Shown here: positions 1 to 11,900 of the stretch, one piece after another
Layout: the number at the start of each line of letters is the position of its first letter
Numbering within the stretch: position 1 is the stretch's first letter
Source of the DNA: Phaeosaccion multiseriatum
Lineage: Eukaryota; Protista; Ochrophyta, other classes
NCBI GenBank assembly: GCA_965112735.1
Contig: OZ218953.1
Coordinates: forward strand, 4,464,001-4,528,000
Reading direction: 5' to 3'
DNA: 64,000 bases
Notes under the pieces: generated by a model
What the model saw: only the letters and a program-made list of their open reading frames with translations
What the model was told of the DNA's origin: nothing
The model's database searches: none
Position numbers and translations under genes: made by a program

Positions 1-46
1 TCTCCTTCACGTTCTCAGAGAGCGGCATCATCATCATGCCTGCCGT

Positions 47-1185
47 CCTTCCTTGCTCCTTCTCCTCTTTCCCTCCCCTTCCCTCCTTCCTTGCTCCTTC
101 TCCTCTTTCCCTCCCCTTCCCTCCTTCCTTGCTCCTTATCCTCTTCCTCTCCCCTTCCCTCCTTCCTTGCTCCTCCTCCCCTTCCCCTCCCTTCCCCTCC
201 TTCCTTGCTCCTTCTCCTCTTTCCCTCCCCTTCCCTCCTTCCTTGCTTCTTATCCTCTTCCCCTCCCCTTCCCTTCGTCCTTGCTCCTTCTCCTCTTTCC
301 CTCCCCTTCCCTCCTTCGTTGCTCCTTCTCCTCTTCCCCTCCCCTTCCCTCCGTCCTTGCTCCTTCTCCTCTTCCCCTCCCTTTCCCGCCTTCCTTGCTC
401 CTTCTCCTCTTTCCCTCCCCTTCCCTCCGTCCTTGCTCCTTCTCCTCTTTCCCTCCCCTTCCCTCCTTCGTTGCTCCTTCTCCTCTTCCCCTCCCCTTCC
501 CTCCTTCCTTGCTCCTTCTCCTCTTTCCCTCCCCTTCCCTCCTTCGTTGCTCCTTCTCCTCTTCCCCTCCCCTTCCCTCCGTCCTTGCTCCTTCTCCTCT
601 CCCCCCCCCCTTCCCTCCTTCCTTGCTCCTTCTCCTCTTCCCCCCCCCTTCCCTCCGTCCTTGCTCCTTCTCCTCTTCCCCTCCCCTTCCCTCCGTCCTT
701 GCTCCTTCTCCTCTTTCCCTCCCCTTCCCTCCTTCCTTGCTCCTTCTCCTCTTCCCCTGCCCTTCCCTCCTCCCTTGCTCCTTCTCCTCTTTCCCTCCCC
801 TTCCCTCCTTCCTTGCTCCTTAACCTCTTCCCCTCCCCTTCCCTCCTTCCTTGCTCCTTCTCCTCTTTCCCTCCCTTTCCGCTCCCCTTCCCTCCGTCCT
901 TGCTCCTTCTCCTCTTTCCCTCCCCTTCCCTCCGCCCTTGCTCCTTCTCCTCTCCCCCCCCCCTTCCCTCCTTCCTTGCTCCTTCTCCTCTTCCCCTCCC
1001 CTTCCCTCCGTCCTTGCTCCTTCTCCTCTTTCCCTCCCCTTCCCTCCGCCCTTGCTCCTTCTCCTCTTTCCCTCCCCTTCCCTCCGTCCTTGCTCCTTCT
1101 CCTCTCCCCCCCCCTTGCCTACCATTCCTCTCCCCTTCCCTCCGTCCTTGTTCCTTCTCCCCTTCCCCTCCCCTTCCCCTCCTTG
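47..1185. repeat. Pyrimidine-rich minisatellite, ~38-bp unit (CTTGCTCCTTCTCCTCTTYCCCTCCCCTTCCCTCCKTC), ~30 copies, probably intronic
   Basis: Unit visibly tandem-repeated. It lies just upstream of an acceptor (TCACCAG|GAC at 1227/1228) and explains the P/S/L/F-rich ORFs in all three + frames. Confidence 0.9.
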
Positions 1186-1227
1186 CATGCGTTGCACGTG
1201 TGGTGATTGCTTCATGTGTCTCACCAG

Positions 1228-1826
1228 GACTACAGCGGCGGCTTCGACATTGGCGTATCCCTACATGCTTGCGGCCCCGCTACGGACTTGACCCACCGCC
1301 GCTGTCTGCAGGCCCGCGCAGCGTACGTGCTCTGCCCGTGCTGTGTGGGGAAGGTGAAGTACGCCGAGAAGGTACGTCGGTTGATTCTGCGTCGGTTGGT
1401 TTTCTTGCTTGTTCTTTTGTTGCGTTGTTTGCCTTGTGGTCTTGCTGCCTTGTCGCTGCAATGTTGTGTATGCTGTGCGGCTAGGTGCGGCCCAAGTGCT
1501 GCAAGCAGAGGGTGATGTTCTGACTCACACACACACATCTGATCCACCTCCAACCCTCAGTCCCTCTGACACACACATACAGAGAGAGAAGAGATAGAGA
1601 CAGGGAGTCTTCTTCCCCTGCTACCCACCCCGCCCATGTCATCGTGCCCACTTTCTCACTGCCCCTCCCCCCGCCACCCCCATGCGTACCCCGCACCCCC
1701 CGCTCCTCCTCCTCCTCTGACGCATCACGTCCTCACTACTGTTCCACTGTTCCACCTCCTGTCCCCCCCCGCCTTCCCCCCCTGCTCCTCCTCCTCTTCT
1801 GATGCGATCAACATCACAACTGAATC

Positions 1827-1857
<31 letters not shown>

Positions 1858-2604
1858 TCTGTGATGCCATCAAATCAATCAAAAACATTTGACACAATCC
1901 GGAGCAGAATCGTCAGGCGCACGCACGCCAGCACCAGTGGATGAGGGCTCAGCAGATGGAGGCGGAGGAGGAGGTTCAGCCAGACCATGTGTCTCTACCG
2001 CCCTTGTGCTACCCCCGCTCAGCGCACATGCGGACCATGTTGTCGGAACGGGAGTACATGATCTTCGCCAAGGCTGCTGACTTTGGTCATAGAGAGGTGA
2101 GTGTGTGTGTGAGAGAGAGAGGGAGGGAGGGAAGAGGTGGCAAGGAGAATGGACATCACCACGTGTGAGGGAGGGAGGGAGGGAGAGAATAGGAGTGGAA
2201 GGGGAGGGAGATAGAGAGGAAGTGAGAGGCGGAGTATTGCCTACAAAAGCCTGAGTCGGATTGACTGCCACGTGTCTGTCTTTTGTCTGTCAATGAGTCA
2301 ATCGATCCATCAATCGCATGCCATCTCCTGCCATCCCCAGATGATCGGCTACAGCGAATCAACCAACCAAACACTCAAAATCCATCAATCTTTCAATCGC
2401 ATGCCATCTACTGCCATCCACCAGATGATTGGCTACAACCAGGAGGAGAGGTACCGACGCATGTGTAAGTCGTGGGTGGAGAGAGATCGTAACATGTACG
2501 CCGAAGAGGACGGGTACGAAACCGGCATGTTCATCTTGCACCCAAACACCGCCTCTCCCAAGAATGACGTCATCATAGGGTGGCCCTCCGAGTGGGTGAG
2601 TTAA
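1228..2604 (+). CDS. GSTCD: GSTCD-like SAM-dependent methyltransferase (C-terminal part; 5' exons outside the window)
   Basis: Exons 1228-1371 (FDIGVSLHACGPATD...VLCPCCVGK), 1917-2096 (YPRSAHMRTMLSEREYMIFAKAAD) and 2425-2595/2604 (CKSWVERDRNMYAEEDGY...SPKNDVIIG) match GSTCD methyltransferase motifs. There may be an extra last exon at 2787-2974 and a possible 27-nt exon near 1485-1511. Confidence 0.8.
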
Positions 2605-3229
2605 TTGGAGTTTGAAGAGTGAGTTTGAGTTTGAGTTTCAAGCTGAAAGTCCTGCTTGGAGTTGTTTGGGTGTTGGTTTTGTAGAGCCACACAGACAGAC
2701 AGACAGACACAGAGACACACAGACACACAGACCATAGGCCCCTCTCTGCCCCTCGCTGCCCGATCTGATCTGACCCCGCTGCTTAGGTTGGTACGCTACA
2801 ACGGCACGGCGGCTCGCTGCCCCCGCCCCCCTGCCCCTCCTGCCCACCCTATGGACCTCCAACTGTCTCTCCCCTCACGCCTGTCCCTCTTCACCCTCGC
2901 CACTCCGTGCCGTCCTCTTCTCCCCCTCTCCCGTCGACAGCGCCTGCACCTGCCGGGGGCGAAGAGTGCGATTGACCCGCGGCCCTTGGAGGAGGTTCTC
3001 TTCTCTCACATCGCACCTCCAACAAGGGAGGAGGAGGAGGGGGACCTTCTTCCAGTGCCATCCCCTCGCCCTGCAAGAACAGAGGAGGACAGCGAAGTAT
3101 GTATGTAGTATTGTATATTGTGTAATATATGTATCGCCCGCGACAGCCGCAGCAGCAGCAGCACGCGGATCCACCGACCATGGCCGCTCTCTCTCTGTCT
3201 CTCTCTGCTCATCGTCCTGCACGTACTTT

Positions 3230-3261
<32 letters not shown>

Positions 3262-4284
3262 CATCACCGTTCTGATAATCTTACGTATCCAAGTAAGTAC
3301 GTAAGTAAGGTTGCACAAGGCATGCCATCTCCATCATTCCGATACACTCTGGTAATAACGGCACGGAGGGGGGGTGGGCGATGGTGACTGATGGTCACCT
3401 TCTCTGGGTTTCCGCCACCCGATAGAACAGTACATGCACGCACAAGGCAATACCGGCATCAAAGCAATGTACGCTTTCTGCGCTGCTCGTCAAACCGGCC
3501 TGGCCTAACCCCGTGTCCATCATCCGTTTCACTTCCTCCCTCCCTCCCTCCCCCTCTCCCGTACGCACCACTGACATACAATCACATACATACGCGTACG
3601 TAAGTACCCCACAGCACACACATTTAGTAGAAGAGTGCAGAGCTTTCTGTTTTATGCACTCCCGTCCCTCTCATTTCCCCTCTCCTTCCCGATGAAATCC
3701 CTGTTTCATTTCTTTCCTCCCCGCCGCCCCTTCCCATCCCATCCAATTCCATCCACTGCCATCCCATCCAATCCCCTTCCCCACACACCCAAGACAACAC
3801 AAGAGCAACGGGGGGATACAACAGAGCACAGCTCTGATGCCCCACCTTCCCTTCCTTCCCCCACCAAAAGAGCAATTGCTGTAAGTCGCCCTACTTTCTG
3901 ACTCACCAACGTACTTACTGTACATACACTTCTCCACCCACAGCCCCGCCTGTCCCTCCCCCCCTCCCTCTCTTTCTATACACTTCTATGCAGTTGCTTC
4001 CTCTAGCCCAGCCATGCCGCTCTACAAAAGGCCGGGCGAAAGATATCCATCTCGAGGGATGCTGTGGTGTGCGGCTAAACTCTTCACTCCACACCTCTCT
4101 CATCGCCTCTCGTCGCCTTTTCTCGCTTGCAGCTGGTTGGCTCTCGTCTCGGTCGTCTTTAGCCCTTACTATAGGCGTTGGTACTCCAAAAACCACAGCG
4201 CATCTGCCCACACAGCAGCACCCACACCCCGACTCAATGAGTGTGTGTGGATGCGTGCGTTGTGTGTGAGTGGCAGCCAACCAC

Positions 4285-6857
4285 TTAGCTACGCGCTGCC
4301 TTGATGCAGTCGACCAGTTGGCCTGTCCAGTGTATGACTGTGTCCACCGCCCCACCTGCCATCTTGACCGTATCCACACAAGCAATGGCCGCTCCTCCAG
4401 GGTCTCTGGCCAGCCCTGCCACGAAGCCCATTGTCAACTTGCCGCACCCTTCCCAACCACCCATTCGGTCGAACTCTCGGCACGAGAACTGTGCGCAGTG
4501 AGACACACCGACTTTGGTGAAGAGCGCCCCGGCCTGAGCGATGGTGGCCATGTCTTCCACCGCGCCCGTCACCTGAGAGCAGGGAGGGGGGGAGGGGGAC
4601 GAGAGGGGGAGGGAGGAGGAGGAGGAGGAGGAGGAGGAGGAGGAGGAGGAGGAGGAGGAGGAGGAGGAGAGGGGGAAGGAGGAGGAGGGCGCTCGTTTGT
4701 CAGCTTGCTTGTCCATACACTGCAAGGTGACTGACTGACTTTTAAGCGCAGTACGCAACATGCATACTCCTCCTCTTCCTCCTCCTCCTCCTCCTCCTCC
4801 TCCTCCTCATCCTCACCCCTTGTCCGAGGCCCGTGTCCACGGCGACTCGAGCAATGTAGTCAGCGAAGATGAGTGGTGCTGCCGACATCACCAAGCCAGT
4901 GGCGGGCAATCCCCAGGCCAGTGTGGCTGCGTACTGCAGGAGACTGAAGAGTGAGAGTGACGGTCCGGGCAGGATAGGGCAGGAAAGAGGGGGGGCAGGG
5001 GAGAGGAGGAGGACAGGGGAGGGAGTTGAGGTGAGGTGACGGGGATAGGGTCATATACATGCAGGGCAGGACACAAGAGGGAGCAGAGATAGCACTTTTG
5101 CTCTTGGCGTTTGCCCGTGTGGAGAGACGGGGGGTGAACAAACCCTCCTTCCTATCAAAAGACCTCACGGACCACAACAGTCCCCTCCCTCCCTCCTCTC
5201 CCAACAGGCGAAGGCAGGAAAGAAGGAAGGAAGGAAGGAAGGAAGGAAGGCCTCCAATCAAACTGACACTCACTCTTTGTCTCCTCTGTCTAACATGTGG
5301 CCAGCTTTGTCTCTCACTACCACCCCAAGCTCGGGCCAGGGTAAACGCTTTCGACCGTTCTCCCCCGTCAGAAGTCCCCTCGGATGCGACCCTTTCTTGG
5401 TCACTTGGCCCCCCTGCTTCCTCTCCTGCTCCTCCTCCAAACGCTGCTTGGTCGTGACAGCCCTCGCGTATAAGTCAATTCCTGTGAGGCCTCCCAGCAC
5501 AGGGTAGGTCAGGGCCCGTGCCCTATTCACGAGCATGAGGCCGGCAAGGAGGGAGATTTGTCCGATGTCTTTCACTTCGGCGTCGGAGATTAACGCAAGC
5601 TGTGTGTGTGTGTGTGTGCGTGTGTGTGTGCGTGTGTGTACGTGTGCGTGTGGGCGTGTGTGCCGGCCAATGAGGAACGCAGAGCGAAAGACAGGACACA
5701 ACAGAGCAAAACGACGGAGGGATTAACACCACAAGGGTTCACAAACGACATGCTTGCATACTGTTCTATACAACACGTGCCACACACACACACACAATCA
5801 CACATGGTGTCGAGTAGAGGGGACCGAGGCAGCAAGCAGCCCAGCAGCATCACACCCTCGCCCCCCCCCCCCCATCCACTGCCATCCCCCCAAACACCCA
5901 CCTGCTGCTTGAGATCACCCAAGACGTTTCGCACGATGGTCATGCCTCTGGTCAACTCCTCCTCCGTCAGCTTCTCCGCATCCACTGCGTACATCTCAGT
6001 GAGCGGACAGACCTTGGTGCCTCTGAGGGGCCCCTCCTCCTCCCCCTCCTCCCTCTCCTCCTCCTCCTCCTTGAACGAGAAGCCGAAGAAACACCGATCC
6101 TCGAACATGAAATCAGTTCCGTGGTTGGAGCGTGGGGATGGGGGGGACGAGGGGGCGGAGTAAAAGTCGTCTTCCGACGATCCCGGGGAGGGGGGTGGAG
6201 GGACATAGTGCTCTTCTTGTGTCCACGTCTGCCTCGCTGCCCCCTGCGGAAGCAACAGCAGCAGCAGTGCAAGGGTGGGGGGGTGCGTTCGCATGCACCT
6301 TTCAGCACTTACCATACCCAAACTGCTTTCCTATTTTTCCAGATGTGCTCACCTCGTGGGGGAGCCCCAGGACTTCAGAGGCAAGCCTTAGCTGCTTCGC
6401 CTTATCCGTGGGCAGGAGTCTACAAGCCTCATCTATACAACATCAATTGAATGAAGTATAGAAAAGAAAAAGAGAGGAGAAAGGGGCGGAAATGAATGTT
6501 GTAAAAAAGTCCTGCGTAGAAAGTGTGATACATCAACCCTCCCCTCCCTCCGACCCCCCCCCCTCCCTCCGGCTCAGTACTTACCCATCAGTTTTATGCA
6601 GGAGGCCACGCAATCGTGGAGAATACCTGCGAATCAACACAAAAAAAGTTGTGAGGGTGAAGAAGGAAAAGGATGGAATGCTTCCCTCTCCTTCAACGCT
6701 TACCTTGCACGCTGTCACCACTCTCCAAGCTCAAGAGGTAGGAGCAACGTTCCAGCTGATCCGCGCATTGGACAGTAGTGGCTACAAGAACGTGGTGCAG
6801 CAGACCGAGCACCCGAAGGGGGCTCCCGCTCCCTTTCTTTTTGCTCACGCTCGGCAT
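4285..6857 (-). CDS. Hypothetical protein, ~7 exons, with hydrophobic C-terminal segments
   Basis: Phase-consistent GT-AG splicing: MPSVSKKK...DSVQ / GILHDCVASCIKLM / DEACRLLPTDK...LPHE / GAARQTW...DLKQQ / LALISDAEV...GDK / DLLQYAATLAWGLPATGLVM...GQG / VTGAVEDM...AARS*. No family recognised. Confidence 0.6.
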
Positions 6858-7106
6858 GTGGTCTCGCTCCACAGCCACGCCTGCGGGTCTTGTTCGTCTT
6901 TACACGCTCCGGGTATCGTCGCACCTCTTCCCCTGGTGGGTGGTTCTCTTGTGGTAGAAGCCCTGGGTTTGGCAAGCGGGGACGTGGTGGCGTGATGGCC
7001 GAAGGTGGGGAAGGGTCAGAAGACGGGGGGACAGAAGGAAAAAATTAAATTTGAATTTGAGGCCCCACATCGACTTTCCGACTTTCCTCCTTTCCCTACA
7101 TTTTTG

Positions 7107-8048
7107 TCGGCCCCAGACTGGCCTAGAAGTCGATAGAAGCCTAGGCCTAGAGTCGAAATTTGGCCGGCCTAGGCCTATTTTTGGCGCAGCCCCCCCGGCC
7201 TAGGCCTATTGACCCTGGACAAGATTACGGTGTGCGCCGGGACCGCAATCAGTAATCAGCCCCCAGCCAGCTGGATATTCAGTACTCAGGCCGGCTGGTC
7301 ACCGGCTGTAAGCAACCAGGCCGGCTGGCGCCGGTCATAATCAGTAATCAGGCCGCCTCCCTTCCCTCCCTGCCTGCCTCCCACCCTCCCTCCCTCCCTC
7401 CCTCCCTCCCTTCCTTCCTTCCTTCCTCCCTCCCTCCTCCCTCCCTCCCTCCCTCCCTCCCTCCCTCCCTCCCTCCCTCCCTCCCTCCCTCCCTGCCTCC
7501 CTCCCTCCCTGCCTCCCTCCCTCCCTCCCTCCCTCCCTCCCTCCCTCCCTCCCTCCCTCCCTCTCTCCCTCCCTCCCTCCCTCCCTCCCTCCCTCCCTCC
7601 CTCCCTCCCTCCCTCCCTCCCTCCCTCCCTCCCTCCCTCCCTCCCTCCCTCCCTCCCTCCCTCCCTCCCTCCCTCCCTCCCTCCCTCCCTCCCTCCCTCC
7701 CTCCCTCCCTCCCTCCCTCCCTCCCTCCCTCCCTCCCTCCCTCCCTCCCTTCCTCCCTCCCTCCCTCCCTCCCTCCCTCCCTTCGATCCTGGACAAGGTT
7801 ACGGTGTGCGCCGGCCGTATCAGTAATCAGCCCCCGGCTGGCGCATAATCAGTAATCAGGCCGGCTGGTCACCGGCTGCAATCAGCAACCAGGCCGGCTG
7901 GCACCATAATCAGTAAGCAGGCCGGGTGCGCCGGCCGGAATCAGTAATCAGATAGGTCGAGGCCTAGGCCTAGAACCGCCGGCCTAGGGAGAAAAAATGG
8001 CCGGCCTAGAGCATAACTAGGCTTCTAGCTAGGCCAGTCTGGGGCCGA
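7107..8048. mobile_element. Non-autonomous TIR DNA transposon (MITE-like), 942 bp
   Basis: Perfect 20-bp terminal inverted repeat TCGGCCCCAGACTGGCCTAG at 7107-7126 and 8029-8048. TTG on both flanks (7104-7106, 8049-8051) is a candidate 3-bp TSD. Imperfect ~100-bp inverted arms rich in GGCCTAGGCC/GGCCGGCC. No transposase. Confidence 0.75.
7355..7782. repeat. (CCCT)n microsatellite in the centre of the MITE
   Basis: About 100 near-perfect CCCT units. Confidence 0.95.
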
Positions 8049-8430
8049 TTGTAACCTCGATCTCTCCTCCCTCAAACCGAGAAAGGGGGGGAACACTGAG
8101 TGCGCGAGTAGTGCATGAGTGCATGAGTGAGTGCGCGCGTGCTTGCGTAAGGTGCTGGCTACCTTACCTTTCTGTCTCAAATCGGAGTCAGGATTCAGCC
8201 ATCTGGTGCCTTCAAAAAATCTGTTTCTACTATTGGCGGCACGTGGTCTCCCGCACGGGCCGCACTGGCTCCTCCACCACCAAGGGCCACGTCCTGACCA
8301 GAGTTCGCCGTCTCGTCAGCTGCAGCCACCAGATGTGGCTCTCGGAGCGAGAGCGCGCCTTCCTGGGTTCGACTGGGTCGGCTCAACCGCGGAGCCGGTC
8401 CTGCACTCCCCTTCCCCGCCCAAGAGGGAG

Positions 8431-8547
8431 AGTAATCGACCCTGGACAAGGCTATCTGATTGCTGATTACGGTCGGCGCAGCCGGCATGATTACTGATTA
8501 GCCAGCGGTCTTCTTCTCCCCCCCTCCCGGCGCACACTGTAACCTCT
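8431..8547 (-). repeat. Inverted solo copy of the MITE internal module
   Basis: The reverse complement reads AGGTTACAGTGTGCGCCGGG...AATCAGTAATCA...AATCAGCAATCAGATAG, matching 7795-7955 and 7220-7350. Confidence 0.7.
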
Positions 8548-8949
8548 AAGTCAATGATTTCTTTTCTATTGGCGGCGGCGGGTCGTGATTTGTGATTGAA
8601 CCCGAACAACCCGCCGGGCAATTTGGATAACATTTTCATTGGCTCTCTCTGCCTCAGAGGATGCTTCTTCTTCCTTATCACCGCCGAACAGAGCTAGTAT
8701 TACCATAGGGAAGACCCTTCGAGAGGGGGAGGGGAGGGAGGAAGAGAGCGCCATCGCAGCAAGGGAGCAACGGAGGGGGGCCGGGCCGGTGCAGCCGGCA
8801 AACAGGAGGGAGTGGAGGGGTGGACCGTGGACCGGCAGTATCGAACATCACGATCCCTCCTCGTGGGGAGGGGGGCGGGGGTGTCATAGGCCATAGGGGA
8901 GTAAAAGAAGGAGGCGGGGAGGGGACGGGGAGGTGATCGAGCCTTAGCG

Positions 8950-11900
8950 ATGGAGTCAGCTGACTCCTCAGAGGACTTCCTTGACGGGGAGCGCAGGTGG
9001 ACAGAACTCATCCTGCCGACTCTGTCATCCACTCTCATATGCTGCACGGTTCTCGTCAGCTATGTGCTCAACAGAGGCGACCTTCTCCTCTGTAAGTCTC
9101 TCTCCTCGGAGAGCGAGGGATGGATCAGGCCTTCCCCCCCCCACCCCCCCTCTCTCTCTCTCTCTCACACACACGCCCACGCACGCATGCATGCACTTCT
9201 CTCCTCCCCTCAAACGTGCGACGCCCCGACAGATCGCATTCGGCCGTACCTAAAGCCCAATCGCGTCTATCCCAAGTGGCCCTCTACTCTGAAGGAGTGG
9301 ATAAGTCCGATTTGGAAGCTCGACCAGGACGAGGTACCTACACTGAATACTAAGCTAAACCTTTCCCCTGCTCACCTTCTTCGCCTTGCCCTCACCCTCA
9401 CCCTCATCCCCCTTCTCCCACCTGTCCCTACATTTGCTTTGTCTGGGTTTCGCTTTCGCGCCTCCCCTCCCCTCCCCTCCCCTCCCCTCCCCCCCTCTCA
9501 CTTGCTCCTCGTCTTGTCTCACAGCTCTTGCCAGTGACCAATGTGGACACGTACATTATGCTTCGACTGCTCCGCATCGGGCTAGTGTACACCTCCGTCA
9601 TGGGCAGCATAGGTGAATGACCTGCAGCAGATTGGAAGAGGGAGGAGGAGGTGTCAGCGGGGAAGGATAGGACAAATGCTATGGTGGGGACAAATGGTAA
9701 AGGAGCTCCGCTTTGCTCCAAAAAACTCGATATTTTATCCCCGTGTCAGCTCGCTCGCCAGCAGGCAGGGGTTTCCTCCAGATCGTATGATTTATGCTTT
9801 AGCCTCTCCTACACCCTCCCATGACCCTTCCTCCTCATCCATGTCGTCGTACAGGCGGGCTCGTCCTCGTGCCGTGCTACAACTACATGGGGGGGCTGCG
9901 GCATGAGACCGAAGGCATCACGACCTTCACCATGGCAAACGTGGAGAGTGGGACTGGCCTCCTGGCGCTGCCGGTGCTGTATGTGTACATTGGGACTGCT
10001 CTCCTGCTATGGCTCTTCGATCAGGAGTGGAGAGTCTACCTAAACATACGCTTTCTGCACCTGTCTCGCGGCTACGACGTGCATGAGTCTTGCCAGCCCC
10101 GATACTCTCTGATGCTCAGCAAGATTCCCAGGAAGCTGAGGACCAAAGAGGCACTCGTTGCCTACTTTGAGGCCATTTTCCCCGGCACCGTTCACAGCGC
10201 CCACGTCATCTACGACTTGGCCCCCTTGGACGAGCTGTTGAAGAAGCGCTACGAGGCACTGTCGAGCTTGGAGCATGCCTTGAACTACAAGGCAGAGCAC
10301 GGGAAAGAGCTGTGGATCAACCCCGAGTCAGGCTTAATTGCGTCTGTGCCGTGTCAAGTGAAGAAGGCTATGGAGGTGGCCGTCCCTTCCATCATGCGTA
10401 GTTCATATTCGGGCGGCAGTGTCCCTGGGGACGTCCCGGACGGAGAGTCGCAAGGGGCGCCTAGCACAACGCTGGCACTGCGCCCTCCTCTGAAATCTCC
10501 ACCAGGAGTGGTTGAGAGCACCACTGTGCAACAAGGAGGAGGCTCTGTGAGAGACATGGAGATGGGTAGCGGCGGCGAGGAGGACGGGGAGGGGAGGGAG
10601 ATGAGAGGGCAAGACGCCACAGGCGAGGAGCAGGAGGCGGAGGAGGAGGAGGAGGTGGTGGGAGCAGCGCCTTTTCTTCAGCGGAATGGAAAGAAGGGAG
10701 GGAAAGATGCAAGCAGCTCCTCTCCTTCTGTACCGTGTGGGTGCGTCCTTGCTCGCACCTTCTTCGAGGGCAGACTGAGGACGGCAAACAAGCTGGTGAA
10801 GGAGTGGAGAGAGGAATGGGTAAGTCAAGTCAAGTCGAGTAGGCAATCAGATGCATCGATAGATCAGGCTTGCCTCGTTGTCTTCAACGCTTCACAGAGA
10901 GATAAGACAGAAGGAACGGGAGGGGAGAGAAGTGGAATCACGTGAGCTTTACTCATACTTAGGAGGGATACGTGGGTTGATGTATAGTCCCATCGAGGAG
11001 CATCGTCTGTGTGGGATTTCAGTTTCAGTCTCAGTTTTGTTGGACCCTCCCCATACCACGCCAGGCTGTGGGGTACACCCGACATCTTCGCATCTGATCC
11101 TGATTCTTCTTCTTCTTCTCTTCTTCTTCTTCTTCTTCTTCTTCTTCTTCTTCTTCTTCTTCTTCTTCTTCTTCTTCTTCTCTCTCCCTCTCTCTATCTC
11201 GATCTCGCCCTGTATCTGTTTCCCTCTTTCTTCTCTCTCTACCATCCCCAATATCTACACTGCTCGTGCTTTCTTGTCAATGGCCTGCCCGCCCGCTGAC
11301 CAGGACCGAGCGGCAGCTGAAAAGGTCAAGCCTAACATCGCTGCCAACATTACCAGCAACAGCGACAGGGGCAGCGGGAGCATGGATCTCTCTGAGGAAG
11401 AGGTGGACCCCTCCCTTCTCAGGATCAAGGTTCCTCACAGTCTTAGTTTGGACGTGTGAGTGTGTGTGCAAGGGAGGAGGAGGAGGAGGTGGAGGAGGAG
11501 GAATAGGGAAGGGAAGACGAGGAGGAGGAGGAAGAGGAGGGGGGGGGGGGGAAGGGAAGGACGAGGAGGAGGAGACACACCACCTCTCCACAGACACACA
11601 CCGGCACACCCCGACCACAGACTCCTTTGCTTTATTTCACTTGACTCTGACTTGACACCTTCTCCTGTGCTTGGCTTGACTTTACTTGGACGCCTTCATT
11701 GCCCAAGATCATCTACGAGATCAGCTACTTGCAATCCTTTGCACAGAAGCAGGAGCGGCAGCTACCACAATAAGAACAACGCCAGCAAGGGCAAGGAGAA
11801 CAGCAGTGGTGCCGACACCGGTAACGGCATGAGCAGCAGCAGGGGCGCCGCCTTGCAAGCTTGGCAGCAACAGTCCAAGGCATGCGATCCGCCCGAGAGC

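Noticed and set aside
36-1484. Long P/S/L/F-rich ORFs (482, 371, 256 aa)
   Set aside because: Stop-free translations of a pyrimidine minisatellite. The real exon is 1228-1371.
7341-7796. (GGRE)n ORFs here and at 17962-18496
   Set aside because: Translations of (CCCT)n/(GGGA)n microsatellites.
8111-8497. 128-aa ORF next to the MITE as a transposase or retroelement fragment
   Set aside because: No DDE, RT or endonuclease motif. Only a vague HxMW resemblance to LINE C-termini, and the 3' end runs into the repeat module.
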